DNA of 64,000 nucleotides, taken from NCBI RefSeq assembly GCF_001194135.2, contig NC_068981.1, positions 73,091,351-73,155,350 on the forward strand, read 5' to 3'. Both the position numbers and the translations under genes were made by a program. Of the stretch, positions 48,280 through 61,685 are shown piece after piece. How positions within the stretch are numbered: position 1 is the stretch's first letter; every line of letters starts with the position of its first letter. The stretch comes from Octopus bimaculoides (lineage: Eukaryota). Below the pieces are notes generated by a model. That model worked only from the letters and a program-made list of their open reading frames with translations. It was not told where the DNA came from and searched no databases.

Positions 48280-48441
48280 ATCTTTTATTTGTTCCAGTCA
48301 TTAGACTGCCGCCAGGCTGGCGCATCGCCTTGAATTTATAGTCGAATGTATCGATCACTTTTACCGAATCGCCAAGTTACGGGGACGTAAGCACACCAGC
48401 ACTGGCTGTCAAATGGTGTGGGTTACAAACATAGACGCAAA

Positions 48442-48481
<40 letters not shown>

Positions 48482-48645
48482 TACACACACATACAACGGG
48501 CTTCTTTCAGCTTCCACTGACAAGGCTTTGGTCAGCCCATGACTATAGATGAAGACACTTGCCCAAGATACCACGCAGTGGGACTGAACCTCGAACCATG
48601 TGTTTGGTAAGCAAACTTCTTACGGCACAGCCATGCCTGCGCCTA
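48280..48645 (-). mobile_element. SINE A1
   Basis: Homologous to 12994-13408. Confidence 0.8.
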
Positions 48646-49905
48646 CTGGAAGGCTGAAAAGCAAAGATGACCTCGCGAGGTTCAAGATGAGAAAGTAACG
48701 AGACGTAAGGTAATTTGTGTAGCGCTTTTTTTATTTAATCAATTAGTTGATTGTCCTTAGACAAAAGGTAATATGAAAAATGTAAGATACTTGCCGGAGG
48801 TGACTATTGATCTATCAAGAGGAGGAGGAGAAAGATATTATGTCTCGGAAAGAGTCCTTTGTCAGAGAAGGATAACAGTAATGCAAGAAGGTTAAAAAAT
48901 GCTTTTGAGGTTAATTTTGTCATCGAGATAGAAAGATTTTCTACTTTATCTATTGTTGCCGGTGGTTCTTAACTGGGTGGTAGATTCCTCCGTGGGACGT
49001 TCTGGGCATTACGGGCACTGAAGAAGGCTGCATGTGTCAACAGGGTTTTGTGATGGGCACTGGGTTTGTAGAGGTCTCATGATTTTTCTTAGAAATAATA
49101 TTTAACCCAGGTATAATACTTACGTTTTAAGCACGTTTAAGGACATTGTATAACCTGAGAGCAGAAACACGACGGATGATGCAATATTGGTTCAATATAA
49201 TTTCATTATATAAGTCCTTGCTGTTGTAAAAAAACATAGAGACATTAATTCACGCAAATATATAAAAGGCGGCACATATAACTGGGTACGATGGTATAAA
49301 GATAGTGGTTGTTTGGTTAAAATGAGCTGCTGTTTTTTTTTCTTCTTTTTGCAAATCATAAGGATAGAACGTTTATAAAATGAATGTTCATTGAAAAGAG
49401 GTACTGAGCTAAAAATATTAAGAATCACTGCTCCATATTAAACTTATCAAGATAACCTTACCATCTTCCCATCAGGTTTCACTGATTAATGTTATCTATC
49501 CCTTCTTTCATTATTTCTGCTTGGTATGCCTTGTGTTTCTGTCTCTTCCAATCATCATAATAGTAAAATAGCATTTGAAGTAGCAGTACATATCTACCAC
49601 AGCTTAGGGTTGCTTACAGCTTTAATGGATTGAACACAATATTAAATAAAAAAAAAAACTATCATGTTTCTTGATTTGTTGGTAGATATAGAATAAAATG
49701 TTTCATAAGCCTCTCTCAGTTAAAACTTTTTCCGTCACTTCTCTTTAGTCCAGTTTACGACTTGACTGGTATATGGAAGCTGCCAAATAATGTATCATAT
49801 GGACGATAATAACCATTGGTTATTTGTAACTTTACCATAGATGCCAACGGCGATATGAGTGGCAAAAAGCTTTATCGGTTATCAGTGCTTGCTTGGCAGG
49901 AGAAA

Positions 49906-50001
49906 GTTTCACTGATAGATATCCCAAAATCAATGCCGTTTCACTGATAAATATCCCAAAATCAATGCCGTTTCACTGATAGATAGCCCAAAATCAATGC
50001 C
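49906..50001. repeat. Three tandem copies of a 32-bp unit gtttcactgatagatatcccaaaatcaatgcc
   Basis: Units at 49906, 49938 and 49970, differing at one position each. Confidence 0.9.
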
Positions 50002-50002
50002 G

Positions 50003-50960
50003 TGTTGTATCTCATCTCCATCTAGGTCGTCCCAAAACTGTTTCCATACGTTTTCCCCATTCATCTCGATCTTCCATAATGGTCCTCAGCTCCTCTACCC
50101 CTTCCATACCAGTATCCTCCAGCAAGTTATCGATATAGGTCGTCTTCCTCCTTGGTTCTTCTTTCTGTCGGGTGCCAGAGCACTAGCTTGTTAGCAATTT
50201 CATCGGTATGTTTGATGCAGTGTCCAGCTAGCCTCATCCTTCTATGCTGTATCATCAATATTACTTTTGGTAGTCCCTAGTATAAGTCGGCGTTTGTTGT
50301 ATGACTCTTTCAGGAGACACTGAGTGCTATTCTAGCCATCTTTGTATAACAACCGTCCAACTGCTTCTTCAATGCTTTAGTGAGCATCCATGTTTCAGCC
50401 CCGTATAGAAGAACAGACTCCACTGTTGCCAGAAGCTACCTCACTTTCAGTTTCCTTGCTAACTTTGAACTCTATACCTTTCTCAATTTATGGCATGCGC
50501 TCCAGGCAAGAGCTTTCCTTGCTATGGTGTCTTTTTCAGTACTTTGTGTCCACGCACCAAGGTATTTGAAATTTTCAACTACTCTCAATGACTTACTGTC
50601 TCTCACTTTCACTGACACAGGCATTTCGCGGTTGAATACTTGAAGCTCTGTTTCGTTTGCATTACAGTACAATCCTACCTTCCACGATTCCTGCTCTAAC
50701 CTACTCAGCACCTCCTGTGCCTGATCTGTGTCCTCTCTGTTAGTAATGCCAGGTCATCAGCATAGTCTATGTCAGTTACTCTTACTGCTTGATGCCATCT
50801 ACTTCTTTACCTATGCAGTTTGAATCCCAGTCCTTCTTCCGTGCCCTCGTACGCTCTACACATTACATAGTCCAGAACGATGGCGAAGAGATAAGGTGCT
50901 AGCGTGTCGCCTTGTAATATTCCGGCTTTGACTTCAAAGTATTGCAGGGGTTTTTAGAAC
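50003..50960 (-). mobile_element. 5'-truncated RTE-type LINE with reverse transcriptase remnant
   Basis: Minus strand GILQGDTLAPYLFAIVLDYVM, DIDYADDLALL, VENFKYLG. Confidence 0.88.
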
Positions 50961-51029
50961 GAACGTAACACCCACAATAGTCGAGGGATTACTGAATATA
51001 TATATTATCCACAGACACGCAGACACGCA

Positions 51030-51085
<56 letters not shown>

Positions 51086-51099
51086 CACTNNNNNNNNNN

Positions 51100-51146
<47 letters not shown>

Positions 51147-51734
51147 CACTCACACATACCGGTTATTGGTAGCTGAATGCGTCGTTCACGGCGCGAATAG
51201 CTCATAACGACCAGATGAATGAAATAGTTAAGCAGGAATTCACAGGAACGATCATCAAGAACCAACGGTGGGGCTCTTTGAAAAGAACCATTAAACTAGA
51301 ATCGACATGGTATAAAAAACAAACAAACAAAAAGAACTGGAAAATAGCAATGAACTTTAGACAAACTCACACAGTGTTTCACTCAGTGAACGGTGTAGTC
51401 TTGGGCGGATCAAAAACCCAACACATTATGGAGTTTATTAGAGGGTAATAAACGATATTGCATTATAATTATTTTGAACCTCAACAACGACACTTTACAA
51501 TTGCGCAGATACATCATCAAAAGTTATCTAGCCGTGATCACCCTCAATTGTTTTGTATATCTAGAACTACATTCAATATGTCCTTTCCTTTCTTAAAGCT
51601 ATTAAGATATAATTTGAGTGAAATTTGGTTGCTTTTTCAACCAAGATGAGTGACCACGTAGATGCTCTTAGATGCAGTAGATCATCAATCGAGATACGAA
51701 CCCATCTCAGCTATCTGTGATTTTAAAAACGACA

Positions 51735-52015
51735 TGAAGGTTCCATTTGATCCGATCTCCAGAACAGCCTGCTCGTGAAATTAACGTGCTAGTGGCTGAG
51801 CACTCCACAGATACGCGTGCTCACAACGTAGTTCTCAAGGAGATTCAGCGTGATACAGAATGTGACAAGGCTAGCCCTCAATTTTGCCAGCTGAGTGGAC
51901 TGGAGCAACGTGAAATAAAGTGTCTTGCTTAAGGACACAACGCACTGTCAGGAATCGAACTCACGACCTGTGACTGTCGGCCGAATACCCTAACCACTAA
52001 ACCACGCACTTTCAC
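51735..52015 (-). mobile_element. SINE D2
   Basis: D-type tRNA head plus gtggagtgctcagccac tail. Confidence 0.78.
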
Positions 52016-52155
52016 GGTAAGTATAGTATTGCGTACTTTATTATTTTTTTTATTGATGTATAGTTTATGTAGGATTTCATTATCTAATGTATTCTTCTCT
52101 TTTTAAGACAATAGGGAGAGAGAGATAGAGGATGAGAGAGAAAGGATGAGAGAGA

Positions 52156-52212
<57 letters not shown>

Positions 52213-53609
52213 GGGGAGAGATTGGGGGAGAGATTGGGGGAGAGATTTCAGGAAGCTTTCAGTAGTATTTTGAGCAGGTCGAGTAACCATGTAAAGGTCT
52301 CCTTCATCGGCTCATCAAGTGTTTATTTTATAAGTTTGGCGCAATCTCTTGACTAGAATGTATATTATTGCGTGTATTGTATAAAAACTACAACACATGG
52401 CCTTAAATTATGTGTAGATATACACATGTTCGAGTATGTATGCACGTGCGCGCGCGTGTGTGTGGTGTACGTGAATGTTTAAATGTTTTTTATAATGATT
52501 AGATCTGCCACTTCTTTCTTTCCTTTTTCTCTTCCAAATGAATTCACCTGTTTTGTGGATGATATACTTAACACCCAAGGATTTGTTTCATTTCATATGT
52601 TAAGAAATATCTCTAAGTATAAAATGAAAATATCATTGAAAGAGTTCCAATCTATTGCCTGAGGCTGGCATTGATATTTAGAGGAAATATTCTTTGGTTT
52701 GTTATAAATATCATATATCTTTATTCTAACAACGGGTTGATAATATGATATATTTTGACATACTTAGAAGAGTGGAATGAAAGGATAAATCAACTTCAAC
52801 AGCTGAAGTATTGAACTGTGTACTGTAAAATGCGTTTGGTCGAGACAGTTGACAATTCTCACTTGCACTGTCTTAAAATAAACCTGTCTTAATCCTACGA
52901 AGCTTAACTGCTTAACAGTATTCAATGTCCATATTTTATCCTATTATTAATTACAGCAACTGGCCACCTCTTATCTATATTCATATTTACTACCATTATA
53001 ACGTCTTTATTTGATTATTATGGCTATAAATTAAAACGAATGCCCATAACCTGTAACCGTCTCTCAACACAATTGAAAATCTTAGAGAAATTGCGAGAAA
53101 TATGTTTCGTATACGTCGTCTTTTCACTGTCGGTAAGATGTAATGGGGTTAATAACGTATGAGTGCACCGCGACATATCTTGTAAATTCAGAAAAAAAAA
53201 ATATATATATATAAACGAATTTCTTTAAGACGGTTGAAGAGATAGAGAAGAGTACAATGAGCCAACACTGTTAAATTATTTCATAGCCTTTGGAGAATGT
53301 TAATGTTATTTGATAGTTTTTGGTAAGGTTAAGAACAGTACGTTTACAGGGGATATTTATTTGTGGCTGGGAGAAAGAATATTGTTTAATATTTGGTTGG
53401 TATTTGTATAACGGTGTCAAAAAGGAGATAAAAATGGGACTATAAATCTGCGAGAACTGTGGCTAGTGAGGTCATTGTACTTTTTATTTTGATCAGAAAC
53501 GATTAGGAGAAAACCACGAACTATATAAATTCTATTTATACTGTCCTAAATATCTCCATTTTATGCTAGGCTTAGAAAAAAAAAATTGTTATTAATATGC
53601 TGATGGAGG

Positions 53610-54490
53610 TAAGGCGGAGAGTAAGCAGCATCGTTAGCACGACGGGCAAAATGCTTAGCGGCATTTCGTACGTCTTTACATCCTGAGTTCAAATTCCGCC
53701 GAAGTCGATTTTACTTTTCATAGTTGCTGGGTCAATAAAACAAGTACCATATGTGCTCTTAGGTTGATGTAATCGACTTAGCCCTCCATCAGAATTACTA
53801 GCCTTGGGCTCAAAACGTTGGAAGCCAATATGCAGTTGAAAGGATTGGCCTAGCAGAACCGTTAGCAGATAAAATGTGTAATAGCATTTCTTCAGGTTTA
53901 ATGTTATAAGTTCAAATTCCGGGGTTGTCTTTGTCTTTCATCCGTTCGGAATCGGTAAAATAAGTACCTGTAAAGCATTGGGATCGATGTATCATCTAGC
54001 TCCACCTCCTCCAAAATTTCAGGCCTTGTTCCTTCGAAGAAAGGTTTGATAAACCGATGAACAAACAAGAGAAGATGCGAGTAGAAGCCGAAATCCTCAT
54101 CACAGTTGCGATTTCAGATTGGAGCCATTCCATACTCCTACATCACCATTAATTTTAAGGAATGCATAACAATCACAACTTCTCATTTTCACTCTTCGAA
54201 ATCAAGTTTCCTGGTTAGGTTAAAATTAAGCTGGCAGATGTCAAAGTGAGCAGACGATATGCTGCCATTCCTACTCAAACCTATGTTTTTAAAAAAAAAT
54301 TTTATATACATTTTAAAATGTCTCTTTAGACAGGCTAGAATATCATAACATCTAGTTCCCTAAGGCAAAGTTGACCTTTAATTTCAAATCCTTCTGGGAT
54401 CAACTTTGCTTTCCATCCCTCCGGAGTCGATAAAATAATATACCGATCAAAGAACACCGCTTGCTCTCAAAATTGTTGGCCTTCTACCTG

Positions 54491-54533
<43 letters not shown>

Positions 54534-57490
54534 TTCTTCTTCTTCTTCTTCTTCTTCTTCTTCTTCTTCTTCTTCTTCTTCTTCTTCTTCTTCTTCTTCT
54601 TCTTCTTCTTCTTCTTCTTCTCAGCATCATCATCGATCCTTTACTTCTGAGCTCAAATTGAATTACCCTCTCCCCTAAGAGGGTAATTTAAAATTTGAAA
54701 CTACCACCATGAGCTGGCAGAAACGCTAGCACGCCGGGTAAAATGCTTAGCGGTATTTCGTCTGTCTTTATGTTCTGAGTTCAAATTCCGCCGAGGTCAA
54801 CTTTGCTTTTCATCCTTTCGGGGTCGATAAATTAAATAGCATTGCGTACTGAGGTCGATGTTATCGACTGATCCTTTTCCCAAAATTTCGGGCCTTGTGC
54901 CTAGATTAGAAAAGAACATCATGTGGATAACATGATGATGATGATGATGATGATATACGAGTTTCTATTACAGCTATGTATGTATAGACACGTGCTGTGA
55001 TGAGAAATAGATGGAAAAGAAAAGAAAAAGAAAAAAGGAAAAGGAATGGCAAAAAAATTCTTCTAAAGGATGTTCACACCAGCTTTTGTTTATTGTATTT
55101 TAGTAATATTCTACGTATTGTGTGTTCAATGCCGAGTAGTCCCATTTTCTGTATGTTTCTCTTTTATCTTCTGTTACTTGTTTCAGTCATTAGACTGCGA
55201 CCATGCTGGGGCACCGCCTTGAGTTTTTAGTCGAATGAATCGACTCTAATATTTTTTTTTTTAAGCCTGGTACTTATTCTATGGATTTCTTTTGCGGAAA
55301 CGCTAATTTACAAGGACACAAACACACCAACACCGGTTGTCAAGCGGTGCTGAGAGAACAAGCATAGACACAATGACACACACACACGCACACATATATA
55401 TATACGACGGGACTCTTTCAGTTTCCGTCTTCCAAATCTACTCACAAGCCTCTGGTCAGCTCGAAGCTACAGTAGAAGACACTTGCCTAAGGTGCCGTGC
55501 AATGGGACTGAACCCGGAACCATGTGGTTCAGAAGCAGGCTTCTTACCACACAGCCACACCTGGTTATATAATTTACCTGCAATGTTCTTTTGCTTAATC
55601 GCCCACAAGGCATCTATTATTATGGTGCCATGGTGATTGCTTAATTTTCTTTTCCCAATCTACAAAATCTCTTATTCCAGAGCTTCTTACTTGGATAGTT
55701 TCTCTATTTTATAAGACTATCTCCCACCCCCAAATTTCAGGCCTTGTGCCTAAAGTGGAAATGATTATTATTCTCTTCTACTCTAGGCACAAGACTTGAA
55801 ATGCTTGCGGAGGGGGCCAGTCGATTACATCGACCCCGGTATGCAACTGGCACTTAATTTATCGACCCCAAAAGGATGAAAGGCAAAGTCGATCTCAGCG
55901 GAATTTGAACTCAGAACGTAAAGACAGACGAAATACTGCTAAGCATTTCGCCCGGCGTGCTAACGTTTCTGCCAGCTCGCCGCCTTAGAAAGGATATTAT
56001 TACTGCTGTTAAGACGGCGAATTGGCAGAATCGTTACCGCGCCGGGAAAAAAATACTTAGCGGCATTTCGTCCGGCTTTACGATCTGAGTTCAAATTCTG
56101 CCGAGGTTGACTTTGTCTTTCATCCTTTCGGGGGTCGATAAGATAAGTATCAGTGACGTACTGGAGTCGATGTAATCGACTAGCACCCTCCTTTAAATTT
56201 CCAGCCTTGTGCCTGTAGTAGAAAGGATAATTTTGCTTTGTCAAGGCAGTGAGTGGGCAGAGTGGTTACCGTACCGGGCAAAATGCTTAGCGGCATTTCG
56301 TCCGTCTTTACGTTCTGAGTTCAATTTCCGCCGAGTTCGATTTTGCCTTTCATTCTTTCTAGATGGATAAGATAAGTACCAGTCAAGCACTGGCGTCGAT
56401 GCCATCGATTCCACCCCCAACAAAAAAAAAGTAAAAAACAAAACAAAGCTGCTGGCTCTGTGTTAACACTTGAAACCATTATTATGGATTTTCTGTAAGG
56501 TAGCAAGCTGACAGAATCGTCAGAGCCTCGGAAAAAAGTATTTTATACTGTTTACTCCGGCTCTTTACTTTCTGATTTCAAATCACATCGAGATCATCTT
56601 CGCCTTTTATCCATCCGGATAGAAATAAAGTACCAGTCATATTAATCATGTATTGGGGATCGATGATATCGACAAGTCCCTGCTCTCTAAAACTGTTGGC
56701 CTTGTACCTTGGACTCTCAACTCCTGATGGAGTCGTAGAAGCGCCGACGTGACACACGACGTATCTTGGCCATTTTAAAACCTGACTGAGCTCATCCTTC
56801 TCTAAGTTTGACTCTAGCCGATTTCTTCCAGAGAAAAAGGGAGAGAAAAATCGGTCCCCATTACAATACTGGTACTTTATCGACACAGAAAGGATGGAAA
56901 GAGAAGGTAATCTCGGCGGTACTGGAATTCAGATGGTTAACAGCCGGAGCGAATACCATAAGTTAAATCTACTGATTGTTCCAAAGTTTCAACCAATTCG
57001 CCGCTTTAATTATGTTGTGTTCGAAATTGCTAGACAGCATACCATGTATGTATCAGTTTTAAATTTTTCCACAAGGCCAGTAATTTCAGGGGAGACAGGA
57101 GTCGATTATATCAACCCCAGTGCTTCACTGGTACTTATTTTATCGACCCCGAACGGTGAAAAGCAAAGTCGACTGCAGTCTGTTTAAACACAGAATGCAA
57201 GGTGCCGGAAGAAATGCCGCTAGGCATTTTAGCTAGCATGCTAATGATTCTACCAGCTCACAGTCGTATACCACGTATATATTGGTTTCAAATTATGGCG
57301 CAAGGCCAACAATTTCTGGGGAGGAGGAAAGTTGATTACATAGAGCCCACTGCTTAACAGATGCTTCTTTCATCGTTCCCGAAAGGATGAAATACAGAGT
57401 CGTCCTCCGCGGAATTTTTACTCAGAGTATAAATACAATCGAAATGCCGCGAAGCATTTTGCCCGGGAGGTTAACGATTTTTCCACTTCG
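53610..57490. mobile_element. Dense cluster of about 11 SINE C copies in both orientations, plus one SINE A1 (55170-55565, minus)
   Basis: Repeated head ggcgagctggcagaaacgttagcacgccgggc and box B ctgagttcaaattcc. Confidence 0.75.
54492..54621. repeat. Compound (CAT)n(CTT)n microsatellite
   Basis: Direct reading. Confidence 0.95.
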
Positions 57491-57511
57491 TCGCTTTTTT
57501 AAGTATATATA

Positions 57512-58606
57512 TGTAAGGAACGACCGTGCGAACTCAAAAAAGGAGAAATGCTGACGAATGGAAAAACTGAGGACTCCTTTTATTTAAACGCGTCACACGG
57601 TCGAACACAAAATAATATATCAAAGATGATATACAAATATGTTATACTACGGTAACATAATTAGCCAGTAATGAGACGATAGAAAAGACAACCGTAAGGG
57701 ATGAATAACAGAGATATTTATTATGGCGTTAGAGATGTATGTCTGTGTGTGAGTGTGAATGCGACATATAATAACATAATCAAAGACAGGCCGTCGTACA
57801 AAGAAAAGTATGTATGTGAGTGATACATGTATGTGTATGTGAGTTATTACAGCAGATAGAAAGAGTCAGTAACCGTGAGCATTTATACCAGTTCTTGTGT
57901 ACACAATAGTATGAGTCTGTATGTGAAAGAAGTGAGTTGAGGCTGTGTGTGGCAGAGCTGATCACTAGTTGTGATGTTGTGGCATCGATGCCGGGCCATG
58001 ATTCTTGTTATACAGATGTTCGTCGCTGGCTGAAATTCTTGTCTGTTTATTTATCGTGGTGAAGCTGAGTCACCTAACAGAATCGAAGAGAGAGAGAGAT
58101 GTGCCGCGGTGGTTTAGTTTGGTGTACATAGTAAGTCGTGTTGACGCTGGTGGAGATTGATGCTGGTTAGTAGTCGTAGACTCATGTTGCTGATGTGGCG
58201 ACGGCGGTGGTAATCGTTGGCTGGACGAAGCTGTTGAAGTGGTCGCTGGCCGCTGCTGTCGTGTGGTACACGAAACAGATCTCAAAGAGAAACTGGACCG
58301 AGACGAATTTGGTGGGTATGAGTTGCTCTATTTAAGGCGTTAAGGGGGCTCCAAGACGGTAGCAGAAAAACACTATCACGTGACCTTATGAGGGGCCGTG
58401 ATTGGTCAGTTTGCGTTCTGGCGGGAACGGTTCGAAGAAGTTGCCGCTTCGAATAATAATCAGTCACGTGATGACAAGGAGATGGGTTCTCCGCTACGCC
58501 CGCGTTTGTTTATATTTAAATGAGAAGAATGGCGATAGCAGTTTTGTATCTAATGGCGATAGGTAGTTTTGTATGTAATGGCGATCGAGGTGTTAGTTTC
58601 ACTACA
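57512..58606 (-). mobile_element. Probable solo LTR (about 1.1 kb) inserted in a (TA)n tract
   Basis: TGTAAGGAA...TTTCACTACA ends with TA runs on both sides; minus-strand CCAAT (58401-58405), TATA-like (58328-58335), AATAAA (57579 and 57717); CpG-rich. Confidence 0.55.
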
Positions 58607-58704
58607 TATATATATATATATATTTATATATATACACACACACATATATATGTATATATGTGTATGTATGTATGTATGTATGTATGTATGTATGTATGTA
58701 TGTT

Positions 58705-58738
<34 letters not shown>

Positions 58739-58740
<2 letters not shown>

Positions 58741-60000
58741 AGTGTTGGAGAAAATAATGGAAACACCTAGCATCGTAGCATCATAATTTTGAAATATCTA
58801 TAAAACCGTCAAAAGCTTGTTTATTTTTATGTTTTTTGATTTATTACTAGTGTCGTTTAATATGTTTTGCTAAAACTGCTGTTTCTTTTCAGATATCGTC
58901 AGACAAAAGGTAATTAAAATTCATTAAAATGACAGATCTATCGCACTTTCAAAGAGGTCAGATGGCTGGTGCTCGTATGGCAGGTATAACGAAAACAGCC
59001 GAAATGTTTGGTGTATCAAGAAGTACTGTCTCGAAAGTAATGACAGCCTTTAAGAAAGAGGGAGAAACCTCCTCGTCGAAACAAAACTCCGGGAGAAAAC
59101 CAAAACTTTCAGATAGAGACCATGGGATTCTTACGCGAATTGTTAGAAAGGATCACAAAAGTAGAGCTCCCAGAATTACTGCAGAGCTTAATGACCACCT
59201 CGAGAAACCAGTTTCCATAAAAACTGTTTTCCGAGAGCTGCACAAAGCCGGATTTCACGGGAGGGCTGCAATCAGAAAACCACTACTTTCAAAAACAAAC
59301 GTTGCAAAGCGTTTAGAGTGGAGTTAAAACCTACAGAATTGGTCCCTAGAACAGTGGAAGAATGGATGAGTCATCCTTTACGTTATTTCTGATCACCGGC
59401 CGAATATCCCCGTGGAGACAGCCAAAAGCAGTATTTGACCCAGGCTGCCTTCTTCCAATTGTTAAACAGAGATGAGGACCTGTGATGATCTAGAGGTGGG
59501 GGCTATATCTTGGAAATACGCTGGCCCAGTGGTTTCCCTTCATGGCAGAATTAATAGTCACGACTATTTAAGCATTTTATCTGCTCAAATTCATCCTATG
59601 GTTGCAGAACTGTTACCAGAGGGAAATGCAATGTTTCAGGATGATAATGCGCCAATTCACATAGCTAAAGTTGTTACTGAATGGCACGAGGAACATTCTA
59701 GTGAAGTTGAACATCTCATCTGGCCACCACAGTCCCCATATCTCAATATTATCGAACATTTATGGTGCATTTTAGAAAAACAAGTAAGGAGTCGATATCC
59801 TCCACCATCATCACTACAAGAACTGGAGACTGTTTTAGCTGAAGAATGGACAAAAATTCTTTTGGAAACAATTCAAACTTTGTATGAGTCCATACTTCGT
59901 AGAATTCAAGCTGTAATTACTGCCAAAGGCGATCCTACACCATATTAAAATAAATTTGTTTGAAATTTTAGGGTGTTTCCATTATTTTGCTCAACCCCTG
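58739..60000 (+). mobile_element. Full-length degenerate Tc1-like transposon (1262 bp) with DD36E spacing
   Basis: TA|CAAGTGTTGGAGAAAATAATGGAAACACC ... GGTGTTTCCATTATTTTGCTCAACCCCTG|TA; HTH ORF 58929-59327; catalytic ORF 59472-59948 with FQDDNAPIH and SPYLNIIEHLW; stop and frameshifts between. Confidence 0.92.
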
Positions 60001-60258
60001 TATATATNNNNNNNNNNNNNNNNNNNNNNNNNNNNNNNNNNNNNNNNNNNNNNNNNNNNNNNNNNNNNNNNNNNNNNNNNNNNNNNNNNNNNNNNNNNNN
60101 NNNNNNNNNNNNNNNNNNNNNNNNNNNNNNNNNNNNNNNNNNNNNNNNNNNNNNNNNNNNNNNNNNNNNNNNNNNNNNNNNNNNNNNNNNNNNNNNNNNN
60201 NNNNNNNNNNNNNNNNNNNNNNNNNNNNNNNNNNNNNNNNNNNNNNNNNNNNNNNNNN

Positions 60259-60335
<77 letters not shown>

Positions 60336-60340
60336 GAGAG

Positions 60341-60391
<51 letters not shown>

Positions 60392-60731
60392 AAGATAAAT
60401 AGATAGTTAGATAGATAGATAAGACACCAGATTCTCAAGACTTGCTTCGATTAGAGGTTATTGTCATAATTGTAAGCATAGATTTGGGTGAATCTGATCT
60501 CCGTAAATTTACTTTCAGTGTTTCATGATTTCGATTCTGCGCTGCATTAGTTTCAGTTAATGAGTTATTGAACTTAAGACGATATAGATGTCACAATTAT
60601 CCACTCCACATTTTTCACAGCTCTGAATGAAGATAGAAAATCGATAACAGTGGAGTAGTTAGGTCTCTTACTGTTGTGAGATGGAATTGTGCCAAGACCA
60701 CTGAAGAGAGATAGAGAAATAGAGAGGAGTG

Positions 60732-60789
<58 letters not shown>

Positions 60790-61652
60790 NNNNNNNNNNN
60801 NNNNNNNNNNNNNNNNNNNNNNNNNNNNNNNNNNNNNNNNNNNNNNNNNNNNNNNNNNNNNNNNNNNNNNNNNNNNNNNNNNNNNNNNNNNNNNNNNNNN
60901 NNNNNNNNNNNNNNNNNNNNNNNNNNNNNNNNNNNNNNNNNNNNNNNNNNNNNNNNNNNNNNNNNNNNNNNNNNNNNNNNNNNNNNNNNNNNNNNNNNNN
61001 NNNNNNNNNNNNNNNNNNNNNNNNNNNNNNNNNNNNNNNNNNNNNNNNNNNNNNNNNNNNNNNNNNNNNNNNNNNNNNNNNNNNNNNNNNNNNNNNNNNN
61101 NNNNNNNNNNNNNNNNNNNNNNNNNNNNNNNNNNNNNNNNNNNNNNNNNNNNNNNNNNNNNNNNNNNNNNNNNNNNNNNNNNNNNNNNNNNNNNNNNNNN
61201 NNNNNNNNNNNNNNNNNNNNNNNNNNNNNNNNNNNNNNNNNNNNNNNNNNNNNNNNNNNNNNNNNNNNNNNNNNNNNNNNNNNNNNNNNNNNNNNNNNNN
61301 NNNNNNNNNNNNNNNNNNNNNNNNNNNNNNNNNNNNNNNNNNNNNNNNNNNNNNNNNNNNNNNNNNNNNNNNNNNNNNNNNNNNNNNNNNNNNNNNNNNN
61401 NNNNNNNNNNNNNNNNNNNNNNNNNNNNNNNNNNNNNNNNNNNNNNNNNNNNNNNNNNNNNNNNNNNNNNNNNNNNNNNNNNNNNNNNNNNNNNNNNNNN
61501 NNNNNNNNNNNNNNNNNNNNNNNNNNNNNNNNNNNNNNNNNNNNNNNNNNNNNNNNNNNNNNNNNNNNNNNNNNNNNNGATGTAATAGCAATGTAAAAAA
61601 CATCCTAGAATACACATTCACACATAGATCACGCAAGTTACCTATAATACAC

Positions 61653-61685
<33 letters not shown>

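Noticed and set aside
51030-51150. Repeated (CT)n-cacact block on both sides of a short gap
   Set aside because: Same contig-overlap artefact
60672-60700. 29-nt minus-strand exon-like segment (CAG acceptor after a TC tract, GTAAGA donor)
   Set aside because: The pyrimidine tract is a microsatellite, no recognisable peptide and no supported partner exons
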